Assembly (NCBI GenBank): GCA_045105735.1
Contig: JBGCDV010000006.1
Span: 115,460-179,459, forward strand
DNA length: 64,000 nt
Reading direction: 5' to 3'
Source of the DNA: Sulfitobacter sp.
GTDB lineage: Bacteria; Pseudomonadota; Alphaproteobacteria; Rhodobacterales; Rhodobacteraceae
Below the pieces are notes generated by a model that saw nothing but the letters and a program-made list of their open reading frames with translations, was not told the DNA's origin and ran no database searches. Positions 27,809 to 36,715 of the stretch are shown in pieces. A program made the translations under genes and the position numbers. Every line of letters starts with the position of its first letter. Positions within the stretch are counted from its first letter, which is position 1.

Positions 27809-28312
27809 CTACTCGCGCGGCTTGCGCTTCTTGTGACCCCGCCTCAGCGCTTCTTCGAGCCGGAAAGCCATTGCGCGACGCTCCTCCAGTGTCATGGCGC
27901 TGACCAGCTCAACCCAGCCCTTTTGCGCATGCGTCTGCACGCGTGCAGCCGTGCTCGCCTGCGTGTCGAGGATACGCTGCACGCGGGCTGCATCGAACGT
28001 CTCACTCCGGAGCAAATCAACCATTTCCTGATAAAGCGCGCGCCGCTCTGCCCGGCTGGGCAGGCCAATCTCTTCACGGCGCAGCTTGCGGTTCAGCGCA
28101 CGACGGTCGTCGCGCGGCAAGGCGCGGGCAAAGGGTGCGCCGTAGCTCAGAGGCGGGCCATCCCATGCGCGCGGACCCCCGCCCTGAAACCGCCAGAGCG
28201 CGCCGGCGATCAGCCCCACAACGATAAGGTTCACGGCAAGCGACAGGCCAAGTGCCCATTTGATCCCGCGGCCGGTGGTGCGCGGCGTCGTGTCATCCTT
28301 GCTCATGCTCAA
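27809..28312 (-). CDS. periplasmic heavy-metal-sensor / Spy-CpxP-like protein
   Basis: One TM anchor followed by a helical Arg/Glu-rich domain (LPRDDRRALNRKLRREE...ERRALYQEMVDLL...TLEERRAMAFRLEEAL). It is the last gene of the ECF sigma operon. Confidence 0.65.
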   Translation of the reverse strand: MSMSKDDTTPRTTGRGIKWALGLSLAVNLIVVGLIAGALWRFQGGGPRAWDGPPLSYGAPFARALPRDDRRALNRKLRREEIGLPSRAERRALYQEMVDLLRSETFDAARVQRILDTQASTAARVQTHAQKGWVELVSAMTLEERRAMAFRLEEALRRGHKKRKPRE

Positions 28313-28644
28313 CCCTCCTCGATGTCCCAGCCAAATCCGCTGAGGCCCAGTGCATCCAGACTATCGTCTGTTTCTGTCTCAACGCCCAACATGGCCCCCG
28401 CAAGATCGGGAAGCCCCTGAGGCGGGGCAACGCCAAGCCAAAAGCCCACGCAGGTGGCCAGTGCCAGACCGCCGAGACCCGGCACTCCGCCAAGCCCTGC
28501 GAGCCGGGCGCCCCAGCGGGACACTTTGGGCCGGGGCTGTGTGGCTTGGGCATCTGCCAGCACGCGCGCCATCAAGGCCTCCGGCACCTGTGGTGGGGCT
28601 GCACGCGCAGCCTCAAACATCCCCTCAAGGGTATCGTCATCCAT
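28309..28644 (-). CDS. putative anti-sigma factor / membrane protein
   Basis: Lies directly after the ECF sigma gene and has a single TM segment (GGVPGLGGLALATCVGFWLGV). The start is either ATG 28644 (7 nt after the sigma stop) or 28662. The call rests on position only. Confidence 0.5.
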   Translation of the reverse strand: MDDDTLEGMFEAARAAPPQVPEALMARVLADAQATQPRPKVSRWGARLAGLGGVPGLGGLALATCVGFWLGVAPPQGLPDLAGAMLGVETETDDSLDALGLSGFGWDIEEG

Positions 28645-28651
28645 GGCTTTG

Positions 28652-29242
28652 TTACCCTTCATCGCTGAACCCCAATGCGTCCCGTTGCCCCTCGAGGGCT
28701 TGTTTCAAAGCACGTTTGCCCCGTGCCGTCAGGCTTTCCACCGCTTCAACGCCGACCTCCAGAATGGCGGCAATCTCTGGGTTGGCCAAGCCTTCAATGT
28801 GGCGCAGCACCACCGCCTGTCTTTGGCGGTCCGGCAACGTATCCAGCGCAGCCTGTAGCGCATCCACGCGTGCGGTCTGCTGCATCTGCGCCTCAGCCCC
28901 CGGCGCGCCATCGGCAGGCATGTCCGCCTCATCCAGCGGTGTCGTCCGACGCTTGCGCAGCTGGTCGGTACACAGGTTGGCCACCACACGGTACAGCCAC
29001 GTCGTCACCTTGGCCTCACCCCGGCGCCAGTTGGGGGCCACCCGCCACAGGCGCATCATCGCCTCCTGTGCCACGTCCTCTGCACCGGCCCGATCGCCCA
29101 GCACCCGCAGCGCGTGACCATATGCGCGTGGCGTCAAACGCGCCGCCAGCAGACGCGCCGCGGCCGCCTCTCCCGCAGCATAGCGGTGCAGCAGGGCGGC
29201 TTCGTCATCAGGCGCACCGACGGGGGGAGGCAGGTTGGACAT
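28652..29242 (-). CDS. ECF-type RNA polymerase sigma factor
   Basis: Region 2 (AEDVAQEAMMRLW...TWLYRVVANLCTDQLR) and region 4 (LPDRQRQAVVLRHIEGLANPEIAAILEVGVEAVESLTARGKRAL). Start taken at MSNLPPP. Confidence 0.88.
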   Translation of the reverse strand: MSNLPPPVGAPDDEAALLHRYAAGEAAAARLLAARLTPRAYGHALRVLGDRAGAEDVAQEAMMRLWRVAPNWRRGEAKVTTWLYRVVANLCTDQLRKRRTTPLDEADMPADGAPGAEAQMQQTARVDALQAALDTLPDRQRQAVVLRHIEGLANPEIAAILEVGVEAVESLTARGKRALKQALEGQRDALGFSDEG

Positions 29243-29305
29243 GTCCACTTTGGCTAAGGGGTGCGGGCGCGTATGACAAGCGCCCGCTCCCATCTCTCCA
29301 ATGGC

Positions 29306-29830
29306 TTAGTGGTTCTTGCGACCCTTGCGCATGTCGCGCACCTTGGCAAATTCCTCCGCGCTCAGCGACCCATTGTTGTCGGCATCCAGCTTTTCAAACA
29401 TCTTGCTGCCATCCCGGTGCGCCAGCATTTCCTCAAGCGCGATTTTACCATCGCCGTTGGTGTCCGCCCGCTTGAGCATCTTGTTCATCCGTTTGCCGTG
29501 CCGCCCTTCGGCCGCCGCCTCAAGCTCTTCGGCACTCAGCTGACCGTTGCCATCCGTATCATGGCGCTCCAGCATCCTCTGCGCACGTTTACCAACACGG
29601 TTCGCCATCATTTCCTGCGATGACAGAAAACCATCGTTGTCCGTATCCGCATTGGCAAAACGTGCCTCCGCATGGGCGCGCATCTCGGCTTGAGTTACCG
29701 CGCCGTCGTTGTTGGCATCCAAGGTTTCAAACATGGCACCGCTCCCTTGGGTCTTGGCCGAAGCGGCGACGCCGCCCACCGCGATCAAGGTAGACAGCAA
29801 TACGATTTTGAAAGGTGTAGATGTGATCAT
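29306..29830 (-). CDS. secreted EF-hand calcium-binding protein (five EF loops)
   Basis: Signal peptide MITSTPFKIVLLSTLIAVGGVAASA. Five DxDxDG-type loops: DANNDGAVTQAE, DTDNDGFLSSQE, DTDGNGQLSAEE, DTNGDGKIALEE, DADNNGSLSAEE. GGAG lies 8 nt upstream of ATG 29830. Confidence 0.8.
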   Translation of the reverse strand: MITSTPFKIVLLSTLIAVGGVAASAKTQGSGAMFETLDANNDGAVTQAEMRAHAEARFANADTDNDGFLSSQEMMANRVGKRAQRMLERHDTDGNGQLSAEELEAAAEGRHGKRMNKMLKRADTNGDGKIALEEMLAHRDGSKMFEKLDADNNGSLSAEEFAKVRDMRKGRKNH

Positions 29831-30020
29831 TTTCGTCTCCATTATATGTCTGCTCGGCCGCTTTGATGTGGGCCAGATGTTCTTAAAACGGCGCACCCTG
29901 ACTTTTCCGTCGCACAAAAATCGAGAAAGCCAGAATTTGCGACATCGGGACGCAATTTCCATCTGCGCTCTTTCAATTCCACACAAAGAGGCGCATGTGA
30001 AAGAGACTGAGGAAAAACAT

Positions 30021-30440
30021 ATGACACAGCACGCACATCCGGATTCTTTTGAACAAGATGCTCATGATCGGTCGACTGATCGACCACGCTGGGCCTCTAT
30101 TCGGCGCGGATGGCGGGGAAAATGCCCCAAATGCGGCTCAGGGCCCCTTCTGAAAAGCTACCTCAAGGTCAACCACGACTGCGCTGTGTGCCGACAGGAA
30201 TTCTTTCACCACCGCGCGGATGACGGCCCTGCATATCTGACCATCCTGCTGGTTGGACACCTGATGGCACCGCTGCTGCACTGGGTGTTTGTGACATGGC
30301 GCCCCGAGCCGCTGACGCTTTTCACGATTTTTGCGGTTGGCTGTGTCGGCCTATCCCTCTACCTTCTGCCCAGACTGAAGGGAGCCATGATCGGCTTTCA
30401 ATGGGCCAAGGAAATGGGCGGCTTTGCCCGGCCCGGCTGA
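30021..30440 (+). CDS. DUF983-like zinc-ribbon membrane protein
   Basis: RGKCPKCGSGPLLKSYLKVNHDCAVCRQEF followed by two TM helices. ATG 30021 has GAGGAA upstream; the longer ORF 29709..30440 is an upstream extension. Confidence 0.7.
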   Translation: MTQHAHPDSFEQDAHDRSTDRPRWASIRRGWRGKCPKCGSGPLLKSYLKVNHDCAVCRQEFFHHRADDGPAYLTILLVGHLMAPLLHWVFVTWRPEPLTLFTIFAVGCVGLSLYLLPRLKGAMIGFQWAKEMGGFARPG

Positions 30441-30479
30441 GGGGTTGCCTTTGGTCCAAGACAGGCCAAAGGAGCAGAC

Positions 30480-31178
30480 ATGACCGCCATCGACAAAAGC
30501 CAGATCCGCAATGCGGCAACGGTCATCGTGTTGCGCGACCGATTGGAAGACCCGCGTATCCTGATGGGTCAGCGGGGCGCAAAGGCCGCTTTCATGCCAA
30601 ACAAGTTCGTGTTCCCTGGTGGCGCGGTTGACGCGGCTGACGCGCATGTGCCGCTTGCCACGCCGCTGCCTGACACGTGTTCTGCCCGTCTGGCAGAGGA
30701 CGCAGATCCCAGCCTTGCCCATGCCCTCGCGGTTGCCGCGGTGCGCGAACTTTGGGAGGAAACAGGCCTTGTCCTCGGCACACCCGGCACGTGGGAGAGC
30801 ACACCACCGCCCGATTGGGAGAGCTTTGCCGCCACCGGACATTTGCCCAGCGCGGCAGCCCTGCAATTCAACTTTCGTGCGCTCACCCCGCCGGGCCGCC
30901 CACGCCGCTTTGACGCACGGTTCTTTTTGGTGGATGCCGGGGAAATCGCCAGCGATCTGGATGACTTTGACGCCGCCTCAGATGAGCTGAGCCATTTGCA
31001 ATGGGTCCCACTGAGTGACGCGCGCGCGTTCGACATGCCTTTCATCACCGAGGTGGTGCTGGCCGAGGTAGAAGCACGCAGGGCCGATCTCAACCCGCCA
31101 ACCTCTGTGCCATTTTTCCGCAACAACGATGAGGAAAGCCTGTTTTTGCGACTGCATGGCCATCCAATGAAGGAGTGA
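30480..31178 (+). CDS. NUDIX hydrolase
   Basis: FVFPGGAVD...AVAAVRELWEETGL is a Nudix box. Confidence 0.85.
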   Translation: MTAIDKSQIRNAATVIVLRDRLEDPRILMGQRGAKAAFMPNKFVFPGGAVDAADAHVPLATPLPDTCSARLAEDADPSLAHALAVAAVRELWEETGLVLGTPGTWESTPPPDWESFAATGHLPSAAALQFNFRALTPPGRPRRFDARFFLVDAGEIASDLDDFDAASDELSHLQWVPLSDARAFDMPFITEVVLAEVEARRADLNPPTSVPFFRNNDEESLFLRLHGHPMKE

Positions 31179-31301
31179 AGCCTCGCCTTGGTATCACCAG
31201 CGCACCGTCGTCGCTCCACCTGCACGACACAAGTCTCTGCCAGGCTCCGCATTTTCGGGACAATGGCGATACAAGATGTTTGAAGTTAAAGGCAGAATGC
31301 C

Positions 31302-32219
31302 TTAGATCACCAAAATCAGCATCAGGATGGACACCACAAGGACCGCCATCCCTGCCAGTTCGCGCCCCGAGATCTTTTCACGAAAGAAAAGGGTTGAGGC
31401 AAGCACACTCAGGATCAGTTCGACCTGCCCGAGCGCCTTGACATACGCCGCATTCTGCAAAGCAAAGGCGATAAACCAACACAGCGACCCGCCCATCGAT
31501 GTCAGCCCAATCCAAAGGGCCACGCGCCGCGCATCCCAAACAGCCGTAATCTGCCCTGGCTCGCGCAGCCGCAGCCACACCAGCATGATCGCCGTCTGCA
31601 TCGTCACCACAGCCCCCAGCGTCACAATCGCCCGCAACACCGCATCGTCTGCAGCCACAGCAAAGGTCGCGCCCCGGTAGCTGACTGCAGAAAAGGCGAA
31701 CAATACGCCAGACGCGATGCCCAGACCCGCCGCGCGATTGCCCAGATCAGCAAGATGAAAGCCTTTCGCCTCCGGCCCCCCAGAGAGAAGCAGCAACCCG
31801 ATGATGCCAAGCGCAATCGCTGCAAACCCCAAAAGCGAAACTCCTTCGCCCAAGAGCAGCCACCCCACCAGAACCGTCTGAATGACCTCTGTTTTCTTGA
31901 ATGTGATCCCAACGGCGAAATTGCGCTGTTTGAACAACATGACCACACAGACAGTGGCAAGGATCTGCGATGTCGCCCCAAGCAGCCCGAACCCCCAAAA
32001 AGCCGGCGCGATCTGCGGCCATTCAGCGTCACCAAGGCCCCAGTAGGCCGCCAGCAACATCAAGATGAAGGGCAAGGAGTACAGGAACCGCGAAAACGTG
32101 GCGCCGCCCGCGGACAAGGTCGCGGTCGCCAAATGTTTTTGCAGCATAAAGCGGACGGTCTGAAAGGACGCGGCCAAAATGGTGACAATGATCCAAAGAT
32201 CAGGAAGAGGGATGTTCAT
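31302..32219 (-). CDS. DMT (EamA-type) family transporter
   Basis: About ten predicted hydrophobic helices in two halves; 305 aa; EamA-like pattern. Confidence 0.8.
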   Translation of the reverse strand: MNIPLPDLWIIVTILAASFQTVRFMLQKHLATATLSAGGATFSRFLYSLPFILMLLAAYWGLGDAEWPQIAPAFWGFGLLGATSQILATVCVVMLFKQRNFAVGITFKKTEVIQTVLVGWLLLGEGVSLLGFAAIALGIIGLLLLSGGPEAKGFHLADLGNRAAGLGIASGVLFAFSAVSYRGATFAVAADDAVLRAIVTLGAVVTMQTAIMLVWLRLREPGQITAVWDARRVALWIGLTSMGGSLCWFIAFALQNAAYVKALGQVELILSVLASTLFFREKISGRELAGMAVLVVSILMLILVI

Positions 32220-32234
32220 TCCCCTCCTATAGGC

Positions 32235-33179
32235 TCAATCGTCCGGTGCCTGCCAGAGCGGATGCGGCACCGGGTCTTTTGCCCGCAAGAAATGGCGCGC
32301 AAAAATACTGCCATAGGACCGATAGACATAACCCTGATTAACCTTGAGAAACCGCGCCTTGCGAGACCTGTAAAGCGCAGGCAGCTTGTACCACGCCACC
32401 TTGGGGTGCATGTGATGTACAGCATGGAAGTTGTTGTTCAAAAACAAAAAAGAGAGCACCCCGCGATCCTCGATGATGACAGAGCGGCCAGACGCACGCT
32501 CATGGGCACGGTGCTCCAGAAAGGTCCTGATGCGCAGCACCGACAATGCACCATAGCAAGCACTTAGATACCCAAGCCACGAGATCGATGACAGGCTCAC
32601 CAGCCACAGCGTCAGCGCGACGCCCGGCACATGGGCCAGCCAGTGCAACGCCACCTGCCGATCCCCCGCCATGACCTTGCGCAAATCATCGCGCACAAAA
32701 ACAACCCATCCGATGAGCGGCCCAATCGCCATCCGCCCCAAAAGCGTATTGTTAAACATCAGCATCTGTTGCTGCCATCGTGGCAACCGGTGCCAGACTT
32801 CCGGGTCCAGGTAATTGGTCTCCGGATCGTCGTAAGGATCCGTCAGCGTGGCATCGTGATGATGCGCCAGATGCAGCGCCTTAAACCGCAAATAGGGGAT
32901 AAAAAGCCCCGGCTGAACAAGGCCAAGCACCGTTCCGGCGCGGTCAGAGTTGAACGGGTGGCCATGCAAAATCTCATGGCTGAGCGAAGAATGCAGCGTG
33001 AGCGCCATCACCAGCAACACCCATTGCACCACACCTGCCTGCACGCTGAGCGCCAGAGCAAAGACACCCAAACACGCAACCAAGACGACAACCGTTGGCC
33101 AGTCCCACGCCCTCACGGCTTTCACACGTCTTGCGATGGCGGAGGGAGGCGGCGGAGGCGGGAAGATATCGGCGTGCAT
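32235..33179 (-). CDS. membrane fatty-acid desaturase family protein
   Basis: Three His boxes: HEILHGH, HLAHHH, HAVHHMH. Confidence 0.85.
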   Translation of the reverse strand: MHADIFPPPPPPSAIARRVKAVRAWDWPTVVVLVACLGVFALALSVQAGVVQWVLLVMALTLHSSLSHEILHGHPFNSDRAGTVLGLVQPGLFIPYLRFKALHLAHHHDATLTDPYDDPETNYLDPEVWHRLPRWQQQMLMFNNTLLGRMAIGPLIGWVVFVRDDLRKVMAGDRQVALHWLAHVPGVALTLWLVSLSSISWLGYLSACYGALSVLRIRTFLEHRAHERASGRSVIIEDRGVLSFLFLNNNFHAVHHMHPKVAWYKLPALYRSRKARFLKVNQGYVYRSYGSIFARHFLRAKDPVPHPLWQAPDD

Positions 33180-33287
33180 AAGTCTTTGTTCGTTGTGGTA
33201 TCTGCCCCCACCTTCGCAGGACTCCTCCCCTTCCCCACAGTCTGATAATGATTAACATTACCTCTATTCTGTGATAAAAATCACTAG

Positions 33288-34148
33288 ATGAGTATAACCA
33301 TCGACAAACACACCCGCGCTGAGCGCTTTCGCACCCGACTTGCGCGCGCGCTGTCAGCCTCCGGTCTCAGTCAGAGCGCGCTGGCACGGGCCATCAGCGT
33401 TGACAGATCCACGCTTTCCCAAGCACTGGGCGACAACGGGACACGCCTGCCCAGCGCCCATGTCATCGGTGCTGCCGCGAATGTGTTGGGCGTTTCATCT
33501 GACTGGCTTTTGGGTCTGTCCGACAGGTCTGAAACGGCCGCTGATCTGGTCTCCAACAGCTTCGCCATTACGCAAGCCCCCCGCGCTCTGGTGGATGAAC
33601 AGATCTTTGCCTGGCATCAGGAGGCCGCAGGCTACAAGATTCGCCACGTGCCCGCCACGCTGCCTGACATGCTCAAAACAGAAGACATGCTGCGTTGGGA
33701 ATATGGGCCGCATCTGGGCCGCACCACCGAACAGGCCATCGGCGCGTCACGTGACCGGCTGGACTGGATGCGCAGCGCAGGGTCGGAATATGAAATCGCC
33801 CTGCCCATTTACGAGATCGCCTCCTTCATCCGGGGCACGGGCTACTACGCAGGCCTGCCCGCTCCCTTGCGCCTTGCCCAAACGGACCAACTCATCACGC
33901 TGACCCGTCAACTCTATCCCCGTCTGCGCCTCTACCAATTCGACGCGCGCCGCCTTTACGCGGCCCCGCTGACTGTTTTCGGACCGCTACTGGCTGTGTT
34001 TTATGCCGGCGGGCACTACATGGCATTTCGCGATCGCGCCCGTATCGAGACCTTTACCAATGATTTCGACACGCTGGTCCGCGAGGCCACTCACACCGCC
34101 CGCGATTTCCCAAACCACCTCACCGAAATGCGCGCCCTCATCCGGTAG
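33288..34148 (+). CDS. XRE-family HTH transcriptional regulator with an uncharacterised C-terminal domain
   Basis: LSQSALARAISVDRSTLSQAL...IGAAANVLGVSSDWLLGL is an XRE HTH, followed by a C-terminal extension of about 200 aa. Confidence 0.75.
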   Translation: MSITIDKHTRAERFRTRLARALSASGLSQSALARAISVDRSTLSQALGDNGTRLPSAHVIGAAANVLGVSSDWLLGLSDRSETAADLVSNSFAITQAPRALVDEQIFAWHQEAAGYKIRHVPATLPDMLKTEDMLRWEYGPHLGRTTEQAIGASRDRLDWMRSAGSEYEIALPIYEIASFIRGTGYYAGLPAPLRLAQTDQLITLTRQLYPRLRLYQFDARRLYAAPLTVFGPLLAVFYAGGHYMAFRDRARIETFTNDFDTLVREATHTARDFPNHLTEMRALIR

Positions 34149-34187
34149 CACCTTTCGGATCGGAGCCGCCTTTGCTGAGCCATGAGG

Positions 34188-34281
34188 GCCAGGGGATGGG
34201 CCACCGTGTCTAGACAAATCGCCGAGGGACCCGCTTGCGGGAGACGGCTATTTTTCTAGACACGGTGGCCCAGCTCCTGCA
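34188..34281. repeat. 94-bp nested palindrome (17-bp perfect arms GGGCCACCGTGTCTAGA) enclosing a terminator-like hairpin
   Basis: Left arm 34198-34214, right arm 34255-34271, both perfect; the arms extend to about 27 nt with 2 mismatches. The inner 40 nt contains CCCGC-TT-GCGGG, GCCG/CGGC pairing and a TTTTT run. Confidence 0.7.
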
Positions 34282-34397
34282 CGCAGGGCCAGCACAGGGG
34301 GGTCAGGTCCGAAGGCTCTTTCGGAAGGGTGAGTCTGAAGCGCCCCCCAAAAAATGTCATGCGGCGAAGCCGCTCAATGTTCCAACTCTATCTCACT

Positions 34398-35147
34398 TCA
34401 AACGACTTTTGGGTCCGGGTTTTCCGTATGCCCATCCACCGCGATCACCTGCCCCGATACCATGCGCGCACCGTCTGATCCCAGAAACACAGCCATGTCG
34501 GCGATGTCCTTGGCCGTCACAAATGACCGCATCGATGTACCGGCCGCATACCCCGCATAGACTTGATCGCGTGTCATCCCCTTGGCGGCAGCCTCCCGCG
34601 CCAAAACACCTTCCATGCGTTCCCCTTCGACCGCACCGGGACAGATCACATTCGCCCGCACCCCAAAGGGGCCCATTTCCATCGCCAGCGTTTTCATCAG
34701 GCCTATGATGGCCCATTTCGCCGCCGCGTAGGGCGCGCGGTTTGGATACCCGAAGAGACCGGCGGTCGATGAGGTCAGCGTGATGGCACCCCGCCCTGCC
34801 GATTTCATCAAGGGGGCGGCGTATTTCGCCGCCAAAAACGCGCCCTCAAGGTTTACGCTCACGCAAGCCCGCCAATCCGCGAGGGTGACGTCTTCTACCA
34901 GTGCTGTTGGCCCCGCAATGCCCGCGTTGGCGCAGAGTACATCCAGATGGTCGAGCTTGGCAAAGATCGCCCCCATGCCTGCCTCATCCACCGCGTCGAC
35001 TTCAAAACACTGCCATGCAGCAGGACAAGCAGCCAATGCATCCGCGTTCAGATCCGTCACCCAGACCTCGTACCCGGCGGCATCAAACGCCTCTCCCATG
35101 GCACGACCAATACCCGAGGCGCCCGCCGTGATCAGAACCCGCTTCAC
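34398..35147 (-). CDS. SDR family oxidoreductase
   Basis: VLITAGASGIGRA (TGxxxGIG-type), catalytic YAAAKWA, NVICPG. 4-nt overlap with the upstream lcdH-like gene. Confidence 0.88.
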   Translation of the reverse strand: MKRVLITAGASGIGRAMGEAFDAAGYEVWVTDLNADALAACPAAWQCFEVDAVDEAGMGAIFAKLDHLDVLCANAGIAGPTALVEDVTLADWRACVSVNLEGAFLAAKYAAPLMKSAGRGAITLTSSTAGLFGYPNRAPYAAAKWAIIGLMKTLAMEMGPFGVRANVICPGAVEGERMEGVLAREAAAKGMTRDQVYAGYAAGTSMRSFVTAKDIADMAVFLGSDGARMVSGQVIAVDGHTENPDPKVV

Positions 35148-36613
35148 CGGGGCGCACCAATCGCACGGCCCAGCCCTTCGGGCCGCGCCCGTTCGGCGTG
35201 ACCTCTCGCAAACCGGACCAACGCCGCCTCAATCTCGGCAGAGGGAGCGCTCGGCTTGCGCGTCTCAAGGCTCACATGTAACAAAAAGTGCTCCCCCGTC
35301 GCCAAAAGCCGCTCCCCCTCCCGCATCTCATGCCAAAGGTGCATCTTTTTGCCCTCCCCGTGCACCACCTGCGTTGTAATCTCGATCACAGCACCTGCGT
35401 GCACCTCGTCGATGTGGCGGATATGCGTCTCAGCGGTGAAGTAACTGCCGCCTGAACGGATGTATTCTGCATCGCAGCCTATGATCTCCATGAAGCGGTC
35501 GGTGGCATCAGCAAAGGCGTGCAGATAACGGCTTTCGGTCATGTGTCCGTTGTAGTCGGTCCAGTCCAGCGGCACCGTGCGGCGGGCGGTCAAAACAGGT
35601 GCATTTGCGGAGAGGTCCGCTGCTCCTGCGTCCAAACCCTGCACCGCGCGCAGGTGGCGGTCGTGGGCCCCCGCAACCTGCCCCGCGCCCCAGTCTTGCG
35701 CTTTCAAGGCGCGGATGATGCCCACCAAATTGTCGTCCCGAATGATCTCAAGGTCACGCGGGCTGCGCGCTCCGGCTTGGGTATCGCATTGATCCCCCAC
35801 CATTTCTACAAATTCATCCGTCAGCTCAGGCACGTCCATCAACTTGGTCCAGGGCCACTTCAGACAGGGACCAAACATCGCCAGCATGGCACGCATGCCG
35901 CCTTCACCGCCCGCCAGATGAAAGGTTTGCATGGTCCCCATCTGTGCCCAGCGCAGGCCGGGACCATAGGCGATTGCGGCGTCCAGCTCTTGAGCTGTTG
36001 CCACTTCATCTTTGAGCAACCACAACGCCTCTCGCCAAAGCGCCTCTTGCAAACGATCAGACAGGAACCCTTCGATCTCCACCCGGCAGTGCAGCGGATA
36101 CATGCCAACGGATGCATAAAGCGCTTTGGCTTTTTCGATGAACGCGGGGTCGGTCCTTTTCCCACCCACCAGCTCCACCAGCGGGAGCAGGTAAACCGGG
36201 TTGAACGGATGCGCCACAATCAGGCGTTCAGGATGCGCCATTTCTGCCTGCAAATCGCTTGGCATGATACCAGAGGTCGAGGACGCAATGATCCCTTCGC
36301 TGTTGACCGCTTCGATCTGTGCATAGACGCTGCGTTTGATGTCGAGCCGTTCCGGCACCGCCTCCACGATAAGCGCTGCACCGCGCGCCACCTCCGCCAG
36401 ATCGTGCCCTACTTCGACCCGCCCTTCAGCAGGCAGCGCGACGTCCGTCAGCCCGGGCAAAGCGCGCCGCGCATTGGCCATCACTTCCGAAATCTTGCGC
36501 TCCGCTTCGGGGTCCGGGTCAAAGATGCGCACATCCCAACCGTTCAACGCAAAGCGCGCCGCCCAGCCTCCGCCAATCACACCGCCGCCAATGATCGCCG
36601 CCGTCTTTGTCAT
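35144..36613 (-). CDS. lcdH: L-carnitine 3-dehydrogenase fused to a C-terminal hotdog thioesterase domain
   Basis: AAIIGGGVIGGGWAARFALNGWDVRIFDPDPEAER is a 3-hydroxyacyl-CoA-dehydrogenase fold of the LcdH type. A C-terminal extension of about 160 aa (YNGHMTESRYLHAFADATD...YFTAETHIRH) looks thioesterase-like. A BKACE gene nearby fits the carnitine pathway. Confidence 0.75.
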   Translation of the reverse strand: MTKTAAIIGGGVIGGGWAARFALNGWDVRIFDPDPEAERKISEVMANARRALPGLTDVALPAEGRVEVGHDLAEVARGAALIVEAVPERLDIKRSVYAQIEAVNSEGIIASSTSGIMPSDLQAEMAHPERLIVAHPFNPVYLLPLVELVGGKRTDPAFIEKAKALYASVGMYPLHCRVEIEGFLSDRLQEALWREALWLLKDEVATAQELDAAIAYGPGLRWAQMGTMQTFHLAGGEGGMRAMLAMFGPCLKWPWTKLMDVPELTDEFVEMVGDQCDTQAGARSPRDLEIIRDDNLVGIIRALKAQDWGAGQVAGAHDRHLRAVQGLDAGAADLSANAPVLTARRTVPLDWTDYNGHMTESRYLHAFADATDRFMEIIGCDAEYIRSGGSYFTAETHIRHIDEVHAGAVIEITTQVVHGEGKKMHLWHEMREGERLLATGEHFLLHVSLETRKPSAPSAEIEAALVRFARGHAERARPEGLGRAIGAPR

Positions 36614-36715
36614 TTTTGTCTCTTTCCCGTTTTCGCGTCCGGTCACCCTTTGACATCACGATCGGCCGCGCATTTCCTTAGGGGCGTGCCCCACTGATTT
36701 CTGATGTGTTGGTGT

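Noticed and set aside
29306-29830. Apparent tandem DNA repeats inside the EF-hand gene
   Set aside because: The periodicity is explained by the five EF-hand coding modules. It is not a non-coding repeat array.
29709-30020. N-terminal 104-codon extension of the DUF983 ORF (track start 29709)
   Set aside because: The extension overlaps the EF-hand gene and its upstream region and has an odd composition. A good RBS and ATG at 30021 gives the usual DUF983 size.
29831-30020. ECF-type promoter upstream of the EF-hand / sigma operon (GGAAAA ... CGTT)
   Set aside because: The only GGAA/CGTT pair I found has a spacer of about 12-14 nt, too short for the usual 16-17 nt ECF spacing, so I make no promoter call.
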